From: an uncultured Mucilaginibacter sp.
GTDB lineage: Bacteria > Bacteroidota > Bacteroidia > Sphingobacteriales > Sphingobacteriaceae
DNA length: 61,874 nucleotides
NCBI RefSeq assembly: GCF_903913935.1
Contig: NZ_CAIWNH010000485.1
Location: 1-61,874, forward strand
Reading direction: 5' to 3'
A program made the position numbers and the translations under genes. The notes beneath the pieces were generated by a model that did no database searches, was not told where the DNA came from, and saw only the letters and a list, made by a program, of their open reading frames with translations. Position 1 is the stretch's first letter. Every line of letters starts with the position of its first letter. Below, in pieces: positions 39,585 to 50,016 of this stretch.

Positions 39585-40433
39585 ATGAAAATAAGGTACT
39601 ATTTAATTGCCACCGCCATCTGTTTTGTTTTACACTCATGCGTAGTGTTGTCACCTAAAAAATATAAAGCTTTAGTCGCTGAACGTGATTCGCTGGCTAC
39701 CCGGACAGGTGCCCTTGAAGATACAGTTGCCAAACTGCGTGCCGACACAATGAGGCTGCACCGCGAGCTAAACGATATGCAAAATAATTACAATGCTTTA
39801 AATACAAATTTCAATTCGCTGAATGACAAATACAGCGCGTTAAACAATAATTTCACCACAAGTTCAAGCAGGGTAAGCCAGCTATCAGCCGACCTGAAAA
39901 AACGCGAAGCCCGGCTAAAAGAAGTTGAAGATGCCCTGCATAAACGGGACGATGCATCAAATGCACTGCGGGATAAATTGCAGAAAGCCCTGCTCGGATT
40001 TCAAAACAGCGGGTTAACCGTTGACATCAGAGATGGTAAAGTATATGTTTCTTTAGCTGACAAATTACTGTTCCCATCGGGGAGTATTGTTATTAATGAA
40101 AACGGTAAAATGGCATTGCAAAAGTTGGCTGCTGTGCTTAATAAAGAACCTGATATTACTATTGCCGTTGAAGGCCATACAGACGATAAAAAAGTAATCA
40201 ACCTTGGCCAGATCAAAGATAACTGGGACCTGAGTGTATTGCGCTCAACTTCAGTTTGCCGGTATTTAACCGAAGTAGAAAAGATTGATCCGAAACGGCT
40301 TACTGCCACAGGTAAAAGTGAGTACCAACCTGTTGACCCAGCCAACACCAACGATGCGCGCACAAAAAACAGGCGTATTGAAATTGTGCTTTCACCAAAA
40401 TTGGATGAATTGTATAATTTGATAAAGCAGTAA
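39585..40433 (+). CDS. OmpA/MotB-family lipoprotein with coiled coil
   Basis: Lipobox LHSC, coiled coil, VEGHTD, DNWDLSVLR, NRRIEI. Confidence 0.9.
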   Translation: MKIRYYLIATAICFVLHSCVVLSPKKYKALVAERDSLATRTGALEDTVAKLRADTMRLHRELNDMQNNYNALNTNFNSLNDKYSALNNNFTTSSSRVSQLSADLKKREARLKEVEDALHKRDDASNALRDKLQKALLGFQNSGLTVDIRDGKVYVSLADKLLFPSGSIVINENGKMALQKLAAVLNKEPDITIAVEGHTDDKKVINLGQIKDNWDLSVLRSTSVCRYLTEVEKIDPKRLTATGKSEYQPVDPANTNDARTKNRRIEIVLSPKLDELYNLIKQ

Positions 40434-40438
40434 GGATA

Positions 40439-40498
40439 AGAATTTACAGGATTGCAGCATTGACAGAATTCTGAAAATCCTTTAATCCTGTAAATTCT
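40439..40498. repeat. Inverted repeat between convergent genes (possible bidirectional terminator)
   Basis: agaatttacaggatt (40439-40453) ... aatcctgtaaattct (40484-40498). Confidence 0.7.
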
Positions 40499-40509
40499 GA
40501 CCCCGGCAA

Positions 40510-40812
40510 TTAATCAACTGTTTGCATCAGTGTATTAAATATCACAAACTGGTTTTCGAATTCCCGGTTATGGGCTTCCTGCAGACGGTGTAAATGTTTA
40601 CTGTAAAACTGGTTAAAATCGGCTATGCTATCTGCACGGTATTGAATGCAATAGGTAACCCCTTCATTAGGCGAATCAATAACATTAAGGATCTGGTATG
40701 ATTTGAAATGGCCCGTGCCCATAACCGAAGGTATGTGAACTTCCTTTATCCAATTAAGCCACTTTTCCTGAACGGCTTCTTCTATAATTACGGTATCGTT
40801 AAATATGATCAT
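40510..40812 (-). CDS. DUF4286-family protein
   Basis: WLNWIKEVHIP, GVTYCIQY. Confidence 0.85.
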   Translation of the reverse strand: MIIFNDTVIIEEAVQEKWLNWIKEVHIPSVMGTGHFKSYQILNVIDSPNEGVTYCIQYRADSIADFNQFYSKHLHRLQEAHNREFENQFVIFNTLMQTVD

Positions 40813-40942
40813 GTGTTAGTTGTAATATGTTGTAAAGGTTGTAATAGTTTTTAAAAGTTTAAATTCTTATTTCAATTACCCCCTTTATGTTGACTTTGTG
40901 CTCCGTAAATACCAATGAACAATAAACCAGTGAACTATTGCA

Positions 40943-42751
40943 CTACGAAGCGTCATTCTTATCCCCTCTTAAAAGCCTGAAACGTTTACGGGCTTCGTTG
41001 ATCCAAAGGCTACCTGCATAATCGGTAATGATCTTTTGATAATAAATTTTGGCTTGTTCTTTGTCAGCTAGCTGGTTTTCGTAAATATCACCGAGCATAA
41101 ATACTGCATCATCGGCCCAAAGGCCCGTGCCATACTCCTGTGCTATTTTTTTCAAAAGAATAACTGCTGCCGGATAATCTTTTTGCTGAATAAGCAGTCT
41201 TGATTTTGCCATTAATATGCCATCAGCGAGGGAATTCGCCGGGTATTTAGTATCAATACTATCCAAAGTATGCATTGCTTTTTCGGGCTGTTCGGCATAA
41301 ATTAAAAGGTCGGCCCTTGCAAACATCTTCAAAGCCGCCCCGGTGCTATCGGCAAATAAACTCTCTGAAATAAGCAACGACAAGTTCAAAGCGTCATTTG
41401 CGATCAGCTCAGACGTTGCAGCTTTTAAAACATCCAGCTGGCCTTTTGCCCAGGTAAAATCGCCTGTATAATAGGCCAGTTTTGCGTTGCGATATTTTGC
41501 ATCCTGCCCAACGGTTGAAGCCTGGTTATCTAATTCAACCTGGCTATACAATAAAGTGGCATTCCATGGTTTGCCGCTCAGCAGCGAAATATCGCCCAGA
41601 TCCAGCTTACATGAGGCAAGTAATGTCCGGTTGACCCCTGGGATAGCGACGGCCTCTTCAAGGATTTTTTGCGCCTCATCCAGTTTATGCAATTTAAATG
41701 CCTCTAAATTCGCGAGTTTTTGCATGGCAAAAACGGTGTTGACGTTTTTGCCAAATTCATCCAACAGCGCGCTATAATTTTTTTCGAGGCTCAAAAGATC
41801 CTCCTCAGTATATTTACCCGACGTAACTTTTTGGTTCTTGGTATTGATCAGTTCAATCTTCGAAGAAATGTAATAAGGCGAATCCTTCCCTTTACTGATC
41901 AGGTATTCATAGCCCCTGATCGCAGCGTCATAAGCATCATTTCCTTCAAGGGTACTGCAAAGCTCAAAAACACTGCTACCATCATCGTTAAGGCGACGGC
42001 TTAAAGCCAGCGCCTGGTTTAACGCCTGGTCGAAATCTTTTTGCTGCATGAATTGCCAGGTGAGCAATTGAGGATATAGGGGCTGTTGCGGATCCTTCTG
42101 TATCCTTTTTAAAACAGCAATCCTGAGTATATCGTAGTCCGCTGCGTTTTCATAAAGGCCTGCCAGCGTATTCTCCGCCTGGCTGATGAATGCGGGGTTT
42201 GCAGGTAAAAAGTTTAGATATTCTTCAGTAAGTGCTGCTTTATCTCTTTTATACCGGTAAAGATTGATCAGCTCGTAAGAGAAAAGGGCATCATTGTGCA
42301 GCATTTTACGGCCCTTTTCAAATATTTTAATGGCGTACTCAATATTCGCATTTTGGTAGAATTGAGATGCCAGGGCAGCTATTTCGCCCTGGTCGGGAGG
42401 CAGATTTTTCAGCAGGTCATCGTACAAAGCATTGGCCTTATCAACCTCGCCCTGCTGGATATAAGCAGTTCCAAGCGTTATAATATATTGATGATCGCCG
42501 GCGTGTTTTCGGATCATTTTTTTAGTGATCCCCTCAGCCTCATCAAACTTTTTAAGTTCCAGCAGGGTATTCACATATACACCAAAATAGCTTTCGTTAT
42601 CCTGTTTATATAGCTTTTGATAAACATCAAGGGCCTTTTGCTGCTCGCCATTGGCAGCATATTGTTTTGCCAGCTGTAGTTCAGTATCCTGTGCAAAAGC
42701 ACTTGAAAGGCAGGAGAAAACCAGTAAAGCACAAACCAGGAAATATTTCAT
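40943..42751 (-). CDS. Exported tetratricopeptide-repeat protein
   Basis: ATG 42751 with signal peptide; repeated TPR helices; IANDALNLSLLI. Confidence 0.85.
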   Translation of the reverse strand: MKYFLVCALLVFSCLSSAFAQDTELQLAKQYAANGEQQKALDVYQKLYKQDNESYFGVYVNTLLELKKFDEAEGITKKMIRKHAGDHQYIITLGTAYIQQGEVDKANALYDDLLKNLPPDQGEIAALASQFYQNANIEYAIKIFEKGRKMLHNDALFSYELINLYRYKRDKAALTEEYLNFLPANPAFISQAENTLAGLYENAADYDILRIAVLKRIQKDPQQPLYPQLLTWQFMQQKDFDQALNQALALSRRLNDDGSSVFELCSTLEGNDAYDAAIRGYEYLISKGKDSPYYISSKIELINTKNQKVTSGKYTEEDLLSLEKNYSALLDEFGKNVNTVFAMQKLANLEAFKLHKLDEAQKILEEAVAIPGVNRTLLASCKLDLGDISLLSGKPWNATLLYSQVELDNQASTVGQDAKYRNAKLAYYTGDFTWAKGQLDVLKAATSELIANDALNLSLLISESLFADSTGAALKMFARADLLIYAEQPEKAMHTLDSIDTKYPANSLADGILMAKSRLLIQQKDYPAAVILLKKIAQEYGTGLWADDAVFMLGDIYENQLADKEQAKIYYQKIITDYAGSLWINEARKRFRLLRGDKNDAS

Positions 42752-42998
42752 CTTTTCAAAAGTAATCAATTAGCATTAATTTGAAGATAAGCACATTTGA
42801 AGATTTTAACTTTAATATTCTTCGTTTTATGAGTGAAAATCCTATTATTTTTTGCATTTTCAAATCTTCAATTTGTCTCTTTTTTAAATTGAAACTATAG
42901 TTATATAACGGTTTTGCAGGGTAAAATTGTAGTGACACTTAAAATTGATTGAGTATATTGCATACCTTAACCTAATTAAAACGATTAAATATAAACCA

Positions 42999-44900
42999 AT
43001 GTTAAGGCCTTCAAGGATATTACTTTCTATCGCTGTAATAATGGCTTTATGTACTTGCAACCAACGAAGTACACCACTAATACCTATTTCCGATTTTTTT
43101 AAGATCCCTGAAAAAAGCACCTTCAGGATATCTCCGGACGGCAAATATATTTCCTACCTAAAAGCATATAAGGGCAAAGAGAACCTGTTTATCCAGCAAT
43201 TACCGGATGGCAAGGAACAAATGGCCACTTCTTTGACGGACTATCCGGTTAGGGGCGATTATTTTTGGACCTATAACAATCATATAGTTTTTAGCCAGGA
43301 TTTAGTGGCTAATGATGAATTAAAGCTGTTTACAATAGATGTAGCCACATTAAAACTAAAAAATATTCTTGACCAGCAAAATGTCAGGATAAGCCTTTTG
43401 AACAGGAATAAACAGCAGCCGGATATAATTACCATCAGGATGAACAAACGTGACCCGGCAAATTTTGATATTTACCGGTTAAACATTATAACAGGCGAAC
43501 TGATCCCCTATCTTATCAACCCTGGAAATATAACAGAATGGTACCCGGAAGTGGATGGTAAAATACGGCTGATCACTTCATCAGACGGAGTTGACAAAAC
43601 TATTTTATTCCGCCCTACTGAAAACGCTCCGTTCCGGCGAATTATTGAAAATAATTTCAGCACCTCAGTAAGGCCTATTGCCTTTACGGGTGAAAAAAAT
43701 TATTTCTATGCTTTATCAAATGTCAACCGCGATAAAACAGCCCTGGTCGAAATTAATGCTGAAAACGGAAAGGAAATGAGGGTATTGTATTCATGCATAA
43801 ATTCGGACATACAGGATGTTGAATACTCAAAAAACAAAAACCACCTTGAAATGGTGAGATGGGAAGCGGCAAAACCACAAAAACATTTTTTAAGTGCGGA
43901 CATTAAAAGCATATATGACAAACTGCAACCCCAACTTAAAGGCACCGAAATAAACATTACCGACAGGGATAGCGCCGAAAATAAATTTATCATTATTACC
44001 TATACTGACCGAAACCCGGGCACCTATTATTTGTACGAAAATAAAACCGGGCAGTTAAAAAAACTGGGTGACATCAATTCGACGCTCAATTCAAAAGATC
44101 TGTGCATGGTACAGCCGGTATCATACAAGGCAAGTGACGGATTAACTATTAACGGGTATCTCACATTACCCCAGGGTACAAAAAGCACAAACCTACCCGT
44201 TGTAATAATGCCACACGACGGACCATTTAATCAAAGTTTTTGGTGGGGCTATAATCCCGAAGTACAATTTTTAGCCAACCGGGGGTACGCGGTTTTCCAG
44301 ATAAATTTCAGGGGGTCCACCGGTTATGGCAAGGCATTTCACAACGCGGGTTTTAAAGAAGTAGGTGGCAGAATTCAACAGGATATAACGGATGGCGTTA
44401 ACTGGCTCATCAGCAATAAAACGGCTGATCCGGATAAAATAGCCATTTTCGGCGCAGGGTTTGGCGGATTCTCCGCATTATATGGGATCTCACTCCATCC
44501 CAAATTATACAATTGTGCTATTGTGCAACACAGCCTCATCAATTTTTTCTCTTTCATTAAAGATGCGCCGCCGTTTTTAAAACCATCGGTAAAAATGATG
44601 TACGAAATGGTTGGTGATCCCGAAAAAGATGCCGTCCAACTAAGGGCTATTTCACCGGTTTTTCATACCGATAAGATTAGAGTGCCTTTACTGATTTTTC
44701 AGGGAGCGAAAGACGACAGGGCGAACATCAGTGAGTTAAACCAGTTTGTACGCGAGCTGCAAAAACAAAACGGGAGTGAAAATGTGAAGTACTTTTTAAA
44801 GCCAAATGAACGGACCTTTTTCAGGAGCGAGCATAACAGGTTGCAAATGTATTCCGAGATAGAACAATTCCTGGATAAAAATATGCGGGTTAATCCATAA
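42999..44900 (+). CDS. S9 (prolyl oligopeptidase / acylaminoacyl peptidase family) homolog lacking the catalytic Ser and His
   Basis: ISPDGK, GYLTLP, QFLANRGYAV.Q.NFRGSTGYG; GAGFGG in place of GxSYGG and ERTFF in place of EGHGF. Confidence 0.88.
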   Translation: MLRPSRILLSIAVIMALCTCNQRSTPLIPISDFFKIPEKSTFRISPDGKYISYLKAYKGKENLFIQQLPDGKEQMATSLTDYPVRGDYFWTYNNHIVFSQDLVANDELKLFTIDVATLKLKNILDQQNVRISLLNRNKQQPDIITIRMNKRDPANFDIYRLNIITGELIPYLINPGNITEWYPEVDGKIRLITSSDGVDKTILFRPTENAPFRRIIENNFSTSVRPIAFTGEKNYFYALSNVNRDKTALVEINAENGKEMRVLYSCINSDIQDVEYSKNKNHLEMVRWEAAKPQKHFLSADIKSIYDKLQPQLKGTEINITDRDSAENKFIIITYTDRNPGTYYLYENKTGQLKKLGDINSTLNSKDLCMVQPVSYKASDGLTINGYLTLPQGTKSTNLPVVIMPHDGPFNQSFWWGYNPEVQFLANRGYAVFQINFRGSTGYGKAFHNAGFKEVGGRIQQDITDGVNWLISNKTADPDKIAIFGAGFGGFSALYGISLHPKLYNCAIVQHSLINFFSFIKDAPPFLKPSVKMMYEMVGDPEKDAVQLRAISPVFHTDKIRVPLLIFQGAKDDRANISELNQFVRELQKQNGSENVKYFLKPNERTFFRSEHNRLQMYSEIEQFLDKNMRVNP

Positions 44901-44908
44901 ACCCTGTT

Positions 44909-46552
44909 ATGAACAAGTCAAAAAGCATTTATCGCAAAAACTTTTCGCTGGTCGTTGTTTTCCTTATTTTGATTTCGGTGATTTTTATTGTCGCGCTTTT
45001 TATTTCGTATGATTTTAACGCTAAAAATATCGATAATGAATTTGCTTCAAAAAAAATTGAGGTATTAGAGCAAACCATGAAGCCCTATAATGACTTATTT
45101 CAAAATAAGATCCCGGAGATCACTTCTTACCAGGGATTTTTGGATTCCACCTCTGCAGCAAAATATGCTGATGCAATTTTCCATAATTTCTCCTTTGTAA
45201 AAAAAATAGTATTCTACGATGCCCGGATTAGTAATCAAAAAAGCAGTACGGTATTAAGGGATAACCTTGGCATCTCCATCAACCAAATGTACCAGTATGC
45301 TCCTGCAAAAGGGCAAGTTAGGGGTATTAGGATTTGGAATACAAGCGACGAGGACGATTTTAAAGAAATGGCGGTGAAGCTAAGCGATTATATTGCGTTT
45401 TCCGACACCTCGAAGGAGTCGTCCCAGATCGAGATATTTAATACCTTTTATAATATAAAATCAGGAAAGATCAGCTATTCAAATATCCCCCGGCGCACAG
45501 ATGTAAAAAACTATCGCGAATTGATAAAAAATGGTAGCCCATCCTCTTATTACAAACAAAATATCATGACTTTTTTCTTAGACCCCTATTCGCTTAGGGT
45601 TAAGAACACGCATAAAGAACTTTATCAGGATGTAAGTATTCAACCGGTAGTTTATGACCCCCTTGATGCAGGTAACAATAACCTGGTAACCGAAGCTGCT
45701 TTACCCGGGGCATTTGCTGATTTTAAACTCTACTTTACTTCCGACAGCAATTACCTTTCGGCAGAAACCAATCGCAGATTTATGCCTATTGCCGCGATGG
45801 TTTTATTAATTTACTGTTTTTTAGTGCTGATCGGGTGGCTTATCTACCGCAACCTGAATGTAAACCTTAAATTATTCAAACTGCAATATGATTTCATTAA
45901 TAATTTCACTCATGAGTTTAAAACACCGGTGAGCGTAATTAAAATAGCCGGATCGAACCTGAGCGCCGAGGGCGGGCTGAGTGATAAACAACGTAAACAG
46001 TATGGAAGGATATTGAACGAAGAAGCTGATAAACTAAATGATCTGATGAATAAACTCTTGTCATTTACGCAGCTTGAAAACAAATCGATTGATATTAAAA
46101 AGGAAGAAATTGACGTTGAAGCTTTCGTGACGAAGTATATAGAAACATTTAAAATAAAATACCCTGACTTTAAAATCAACTTTAGGGCTCATGGGGTTAC
46201 GTCGTTTTATAGCGACCCTGTGCTTTTAGGCAGTGTTTTTCAAAATCTGATCGAAAACGCCTATAAATATTCACATCCAAGTAAAAAAGTGTTGAATATT
46301 AATGTTTTACACCAAAAACGGGATATTGTTTTTTCTTTTACCGACAGAGGTATCGGTATCCCAAAAAACGAGTTGAATAATATTTTTAAAAAGTTTTACC
46401 GTATCGAAAATCAGTATAATCAAAACGGGAGTGTTGGCCTTGGTTTGGCTTTCTGTAAAGAACTGGTAAATTTTATGCACGGTGACATATCTGTTAACAG
46501 CAAAGTGAACGAAGGATCGGAATTTATCGTCACTTTGCCTTATGAAAATTGA
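44909..46552 (+). CDS. Membrane sensor histidine kinase
   Basis: Two TM helices flanking a large periplasmic domain; THEFKTP, NLIENAYKY, DRGIG, GLGL. Confidence 0.94.
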   Translation: MNKSKSIYRKNFSLVVVFLILISVIFIVALFISYDFNAKNIDNEFASKKIEVLEQTMKPYNDLFQNKIPEITSYQGFLDSTSAAKYADAIFHNFSFVKKIVFYDARISNQKSSTVLRDNLGISINQMYQYAPAKGQVRGIRIWNTSDEDDFKEMAVKLSDYIAFSDTSKESSQIEIFNTFYNIKSGKISYSNIPRRTDVKNYRELIKNGSPSSYYKQNIMTFFLDPYSLRVKNTHKELYQDVSIQPVVYDPLDAGNNNLVTEAALPGAFADFKLYFTSDSNYLSAETNRRFMPIAAMVLLIYCFLVLIGWLIYRNLNVNLKLFKLQYDFINNFTHEFKTPVSVIKIAGSNLSAEGGLSDKQRKQYGRILNEEADKLNDLMNKLLSFTQLENKSIDIKKEEIDVEAFVTKYIETFKIKYPDFKINFRAHGVTSFYSDPVLLGSVFQNLIENAYKYSHPSKKVLNINVLHQKRDIVFSFTDRGIGIPKNELNNIFKKFYRIENQYNQNGSVGLGLAFCKELVNFMHGDISVNSKVNEGSEFIVTLPYEN

Positions 46553-46555
46553 ATT

Positions 46556-47248
46556 ATGAACAAAGAAATTAAGATCGCGCTGGTTGAAGATGATGAGAAC
46601 CTGCGTTTTTTGGTAGCTGAGCGCTTACAATCAGAAGGGTACAAAGTATTAGAGGCCCCAAACGGCGATGATGGTGAAAAAGTAGTTTTGGCAGAAACCC
46701 CCCATGTGGTATTGCTGGACTGGATGCTGCCAGGTAAACAGGGATCAGAGGTTTGCACCAACATAAGAAACAACGGTTACGACGGCCAGGTAATTATGAT
46801 GACCGCCAAAGGCCAGGATATTGACAAAATTGAAGCTTATAAATTTGGGGTGTCAGATTACATCATCAAACCATTTAATATGGATGTTTTGGTGGCGATG
46901 ATAGATAGTAAAATCAAATTTTCATTAAATACGGATAAATCGGAGTCGTACAAATTTGCAAACATGGAGCACCAGCCCAATACGCACTTATTGATCAGGG
47001 ATAACCGCAAAATTGAATTAACCATCCTTGAAAACCGGATTTTGCTTTATTTCCTTAAAAATAAAAATAAGGTGATCAACCGCGAAGAACTAATGATGGA
47101 AGTTTGGGGCTATAATGCCGATGTAAATACCCGCACCCTGGATATGCATATTGTAAGACTGCGCAAAAAGATTGAAACCAATGCTGATTCGCCGCAATAT
47201 TTGCAAACCGTAAGGGGGATTGGGTACAAGTTTGTGTATGCAGGATAG
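46556..47248 (+). CDS. OmpR/PhoB-family response regulator
   Basis: VEDD, LDWMLP, KPF, RTLDMHIVRLRKK, TVRGIGY. Confidence 0.95.
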   Translation: MNKEIKIALVEDDENLRFLVAERLQSEGYKVLEAPNGDDGEKVVLAETPHVVLLDWMLPGKQGSEVCTNIRNNGYDGQVIMMTAKGQDIDKIEAYKFGVSDYIIKPFNMDVLVAMIDSKIKFSLNTDKSESYKFANMEHQPNTHLLIRDNRKIELTILENRILLYFLKNKNKVINREELMMEVWGYNADVNTRTLDMHIVRLRKKIETNADSPQYLQTVRGIGYKFVYAG

Positions 47249-47256
47249 TTTCTCAA

Positions 47257-47289
47257 AGACTTACGAAGTTTTGAAAACTTCGTAAGTCT
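47257..47289. repeat. Perfect palindrome (REP-like or terminator)
   Basis: agacttacgaagtttt-g-aaaacttcgtaagtct, 16-bp arms, between convergent genes. Confidence 0.85.
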
Positions 47290-47291
47290 GA

Positions 47292-47912
47292 TCATCCTTG
47301 TTTATAAACCTGCGAAATTATAAATTCTCCAAAAAATGTTTGTGAGGCAATGGCCTTATAACCACATTGATTAAACTGGTTGTTCACATCGGGCAGCGCT
47401 GATGCTTCGATATCGCAAATCATCCTGAAAAACAAAAACATCGATTTTAGTAATCCCTTTTGCCACCATTTTCCTTTCAATTGAAAATCGCAATTGAGCC
47501 ATAGGCCACCCGGTTTTAAAAAGGAATGAATATGATTGAATACCTGTTTGAAAGTTTGTTCCGTAAAATTATCAAACAAAAATGGCGTAATTATAACGTC
47601 AAAATCAGGAAGCAGACGAACATCTTCAATGGCCTCGTTTATAAAAATCACCCTATTGTTGCCGGCTTTTCTCTTTTTTGAAAGCGCCATCATTTTTGGA
47701 GCTATTTCTACATAAGTGATCTGCAAACCGGATGGATGAATATTAACTATTTCGTCCAAGATCCACCCTGTGCCGCCGCCAACGATCAAAATATTCGAAT
47801 TTGGGGGAATAAACCGTAACAGGTAAACCTGCGCCTTAATCAAAGCCTTACCATATACCAGGCGGGAAAGCCTGTCGTAAAACCAGGCGGAATTGTTGTA
47901 GTTAGCGGGCAT
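47292..47912 (-). CDS. Class I SAM-dependent methyltransferase
   Basis: ILIVGGGTG, FDVIITPF, LKPGG. Confidence 0.88.
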   Translation of the reverse strand: MPANYNNSAWFYDRLSRLVYGKALIKAQVYLLRFIPPNSNILIVGGGTGWILDEIVNIHPSGLQITYVEIAPKMMALSKKRKAGNNRVIFINEAIEDVRLLPDFDVIITPFLFDNFTEQTFKQVFNHIHSFLKPGGLWLNCDFQLKGKWWQKGLLKSMFLFFRMICDIEASALPDVNNQFNQCGYKAIASQTFFGEFIISQVYKQG

Positions 47913-48040
47913 TGGTTATAATAAGTTGTAAGGGTTGCAAAGGTTTTAAGAAGTTAGAAATTTCATAGAAACAAGTCAGATTTTTTAGCAGCTAAAACTA
48001 TTACAACATTTACAACCCTTACAACTAATTTCAACTAATT
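47913..48040. repeat. Inverted array of degenerate nonamers (GTTGTAAnn / nnTTACAAC)
   Basis: gttgtaagggttgcaaaggttttaag ... ttacaacatttacaacccttacaac; the same family occurs at 40818-40860. Confidence 0.7.
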
Positions 48041-48076
48041 CCCTATCTTTAGTCATCCATCCTTAATTCAGCAATT

Positions 48077-49918
48077 ATGAGCACATTTTTTACAAAGATC
48101 ACATTTATAGGTATCCTATGTTTATGTTCAGCTAACCTTTTTGCACAGCCCACCAAACCTGATGATAAATATAGCCGCCAGGAAGTAATGATACCCATGA
48201 GGGATGGGATTAAATTGCATACCGTTATTTACACCCCAAAAAATCAAGCAGAGAAATTACCATTTTTAATTACGAGGACACCCTATGGCGTAAGTGAAAA
48301 CCCGAGTCCGGAAAGGGAAGGATATATCAAAGATATGGCCGACGATGGTTATATTTTTGTGGCCCAGGATATCCGTGGCAGGTATTTATCACAGGGGACA
48401 TTTGAAATGCAGCGTTTTAACCGCGATAAAAAAGATCCGAAAGCCATTGATGAAGCAAGCGATACTTATGATACCATTGATTGGTTGCTTAAAAACATTG
48501 CGGACAACAACGGCAAAGCCGGCATCTATGGTATATCCTACGATGGGTGGACAGCAATTATTGCCGGCACTGATCCTCACCCTGCTTTGAAAGCAGTATC
48601 AGAACAGGCCACGCCGGCGGATATGTTTATGAACGATGATTTCCACCATAACGGCGCATTCCGTTTAAGTTATGGTTTTGAGTATTCGGTATTAACCGAG
48701 GCTGCAAAAACGGATTCGCTATATAATTTTGGGCAGTACGATACTTATGATTGGTACCTTAAACTAGGTACCTTATCAAACATTAATAAAAAATACGCGC
48801 ATAACACACTGCCCACCTGGAACAACTTTATTGCACACCCCAATTATGATAGTTTTTGGCAAAAACAGGCACTGGCTTACCGCCTGGACACCCCGAGAAC
48901 CGCTATACAACATGTATCGGGCTGGTGGGACCAGGAGGATATGGTTGGCCCGCAAACCGCTTACAAGACTTTGGAGAAAAAAGATGTTAACCACAAAAAT
49001 TTTATTGTTTTAGGCCCATGGAGACATGGTGGATGGGCCGGTGGCGAGGGCACCAGCCTGGGCAATATCAAATTCGACGGGCAGGCTACAGGCACTTATT
49101 TCAGGAAAGAGATACAGGCTAAATGGTTTGCATGGTATTTAAAAGGTAAAGGCGATGGTAATTTTGCCGAGGCTATATCTTTTCAAACAGGCTCAAACAA
49201 ATGGATCAATTATAGCGCCTGGCCACCTAAAGAATCCGTGAGCAAAAACATTTACTTTCATACCGATGGCAAGCTTTCCTTCGAAAAACCCTCCGCGGCT
49301 GAGAAGACATTTGACAGCTATGTATCTGATCCATCAAAACCGGTGCCATATCGCCAAAGGCCAATTGAGGAAACTTACGGGCCAGGTTCCCGCTGGTATT
49401 TTTGGCTGACAGAAGACCAGCGCTTTGTGGATAACCGCCCCGATGTATTAACATGGCAAACCGATACCCTTACGCAAGACGTTACCATAACTGGCAATGT
49501 ACTGGCAAAACTATATGCATCAACCTCGGGCAGCGATGCGGATTGGGTGGTTAAACTGATCGATGTTTATCCCAAGGATTATAAAAAAGAGTTAAAGATG
49601 TCGGGTTATGAGCTGATGATCGCGGATGATGTATTTCGCGGCAGGTTCAGGAAAAGCTTCACTAAGCCAGAGCCGATAACACCCGGAAAAGTGGAGGAAT
49701 ACAGCATTGACCTGCATGGCGCCGATCATGTATTTAAAAAGGGGCATAAAATAATGGTGCAGGTACAAAGCACCTGGTTCCCGGTAATTGACAGGAATCC
49801 GCAAAAGTACGTACCCAATATTTTTGACGCCAAAGCAAGCGATTACCAGTCGGCAACGCAAAAGGTGTATCATTCTATCGCGTTCCCGAGTAGTATAATT
49901 TTGCCTGTTATGCAATAA
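48077..49918 (+). CDS. CocE/NonD-family hydrolase (alpha-amino acid ester hydrolase-like)
   Basis: IPMRDG, RTPY, QDIRGR, GISYDG, DDFHHNGAF, GPWRHG. Confidence 0.93.
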   Translation: MSTFFTKITFIGILCLCSANLFAQPTKPDDKYSRQEVMIPMRDGIKLHTVIYTPKNQAEKLPFLITRTPYGVSENPSPEREGYIKDMADDGYIFVAQDIRGRYLSQGTFEMQRFNRDKKDPKAIDEASDTYDTIDWLLKNIADNNGKAGIYGISYDGWTAIIAGTDPHPALKAVSEQATPADMFMNDDFHHNGAFRLSYGFEYSVLTEAAKTDSLYNFGQYDTYDWYLKLGTLSNINKKYAHNTLPTWNNFIAHPNYDSFWQKQALAYRLDTPRTAIQHVSGWWDQEDMVGPQTAYKTLEKKDVNHKNFIVLGPWRHGGWAGGEGTSLGNIKFDGQATGTYFRKEIQAKWFAWYLKGKGDGNFAEAISFQTGSNKWINYSAWPPKESVSKNIYFHTDGKLSFEKPSAAEKTFDSYVSDPSKPVPYRQRPIEETYGPGSRWYFWLTEDQRFVDNRPDVLTWQTDTLTQDVTITGNVLAKLYASTSGSDADWVVKLIDVYPKDYKKELKMSGYELMIADDVFRGRFRKSFTKPEPITPGKVEEYSIDLHGADHVFKKGHKIMVQVQSTWFPVIDRNPQKYVPNIFDAKASDYQSATQKVYHSIAFPSSIILPVMQ

Positions 49919-50016
49919 ATCTCTGTGTGCTCCGCGACACTCTTTGCGTACGCTGCGTTAAATTTTAACCGCAGAGAACACCTGAGAAGGCACGGGGTGC
50001 GCTAAGTTTAGTTAAA

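Noticed and set aside
39585-40433. Flagellar stator MotB
   Set aside because: No motA or flagellar genes; lipoprotein signal rather than the MotB TM helix with Asp.
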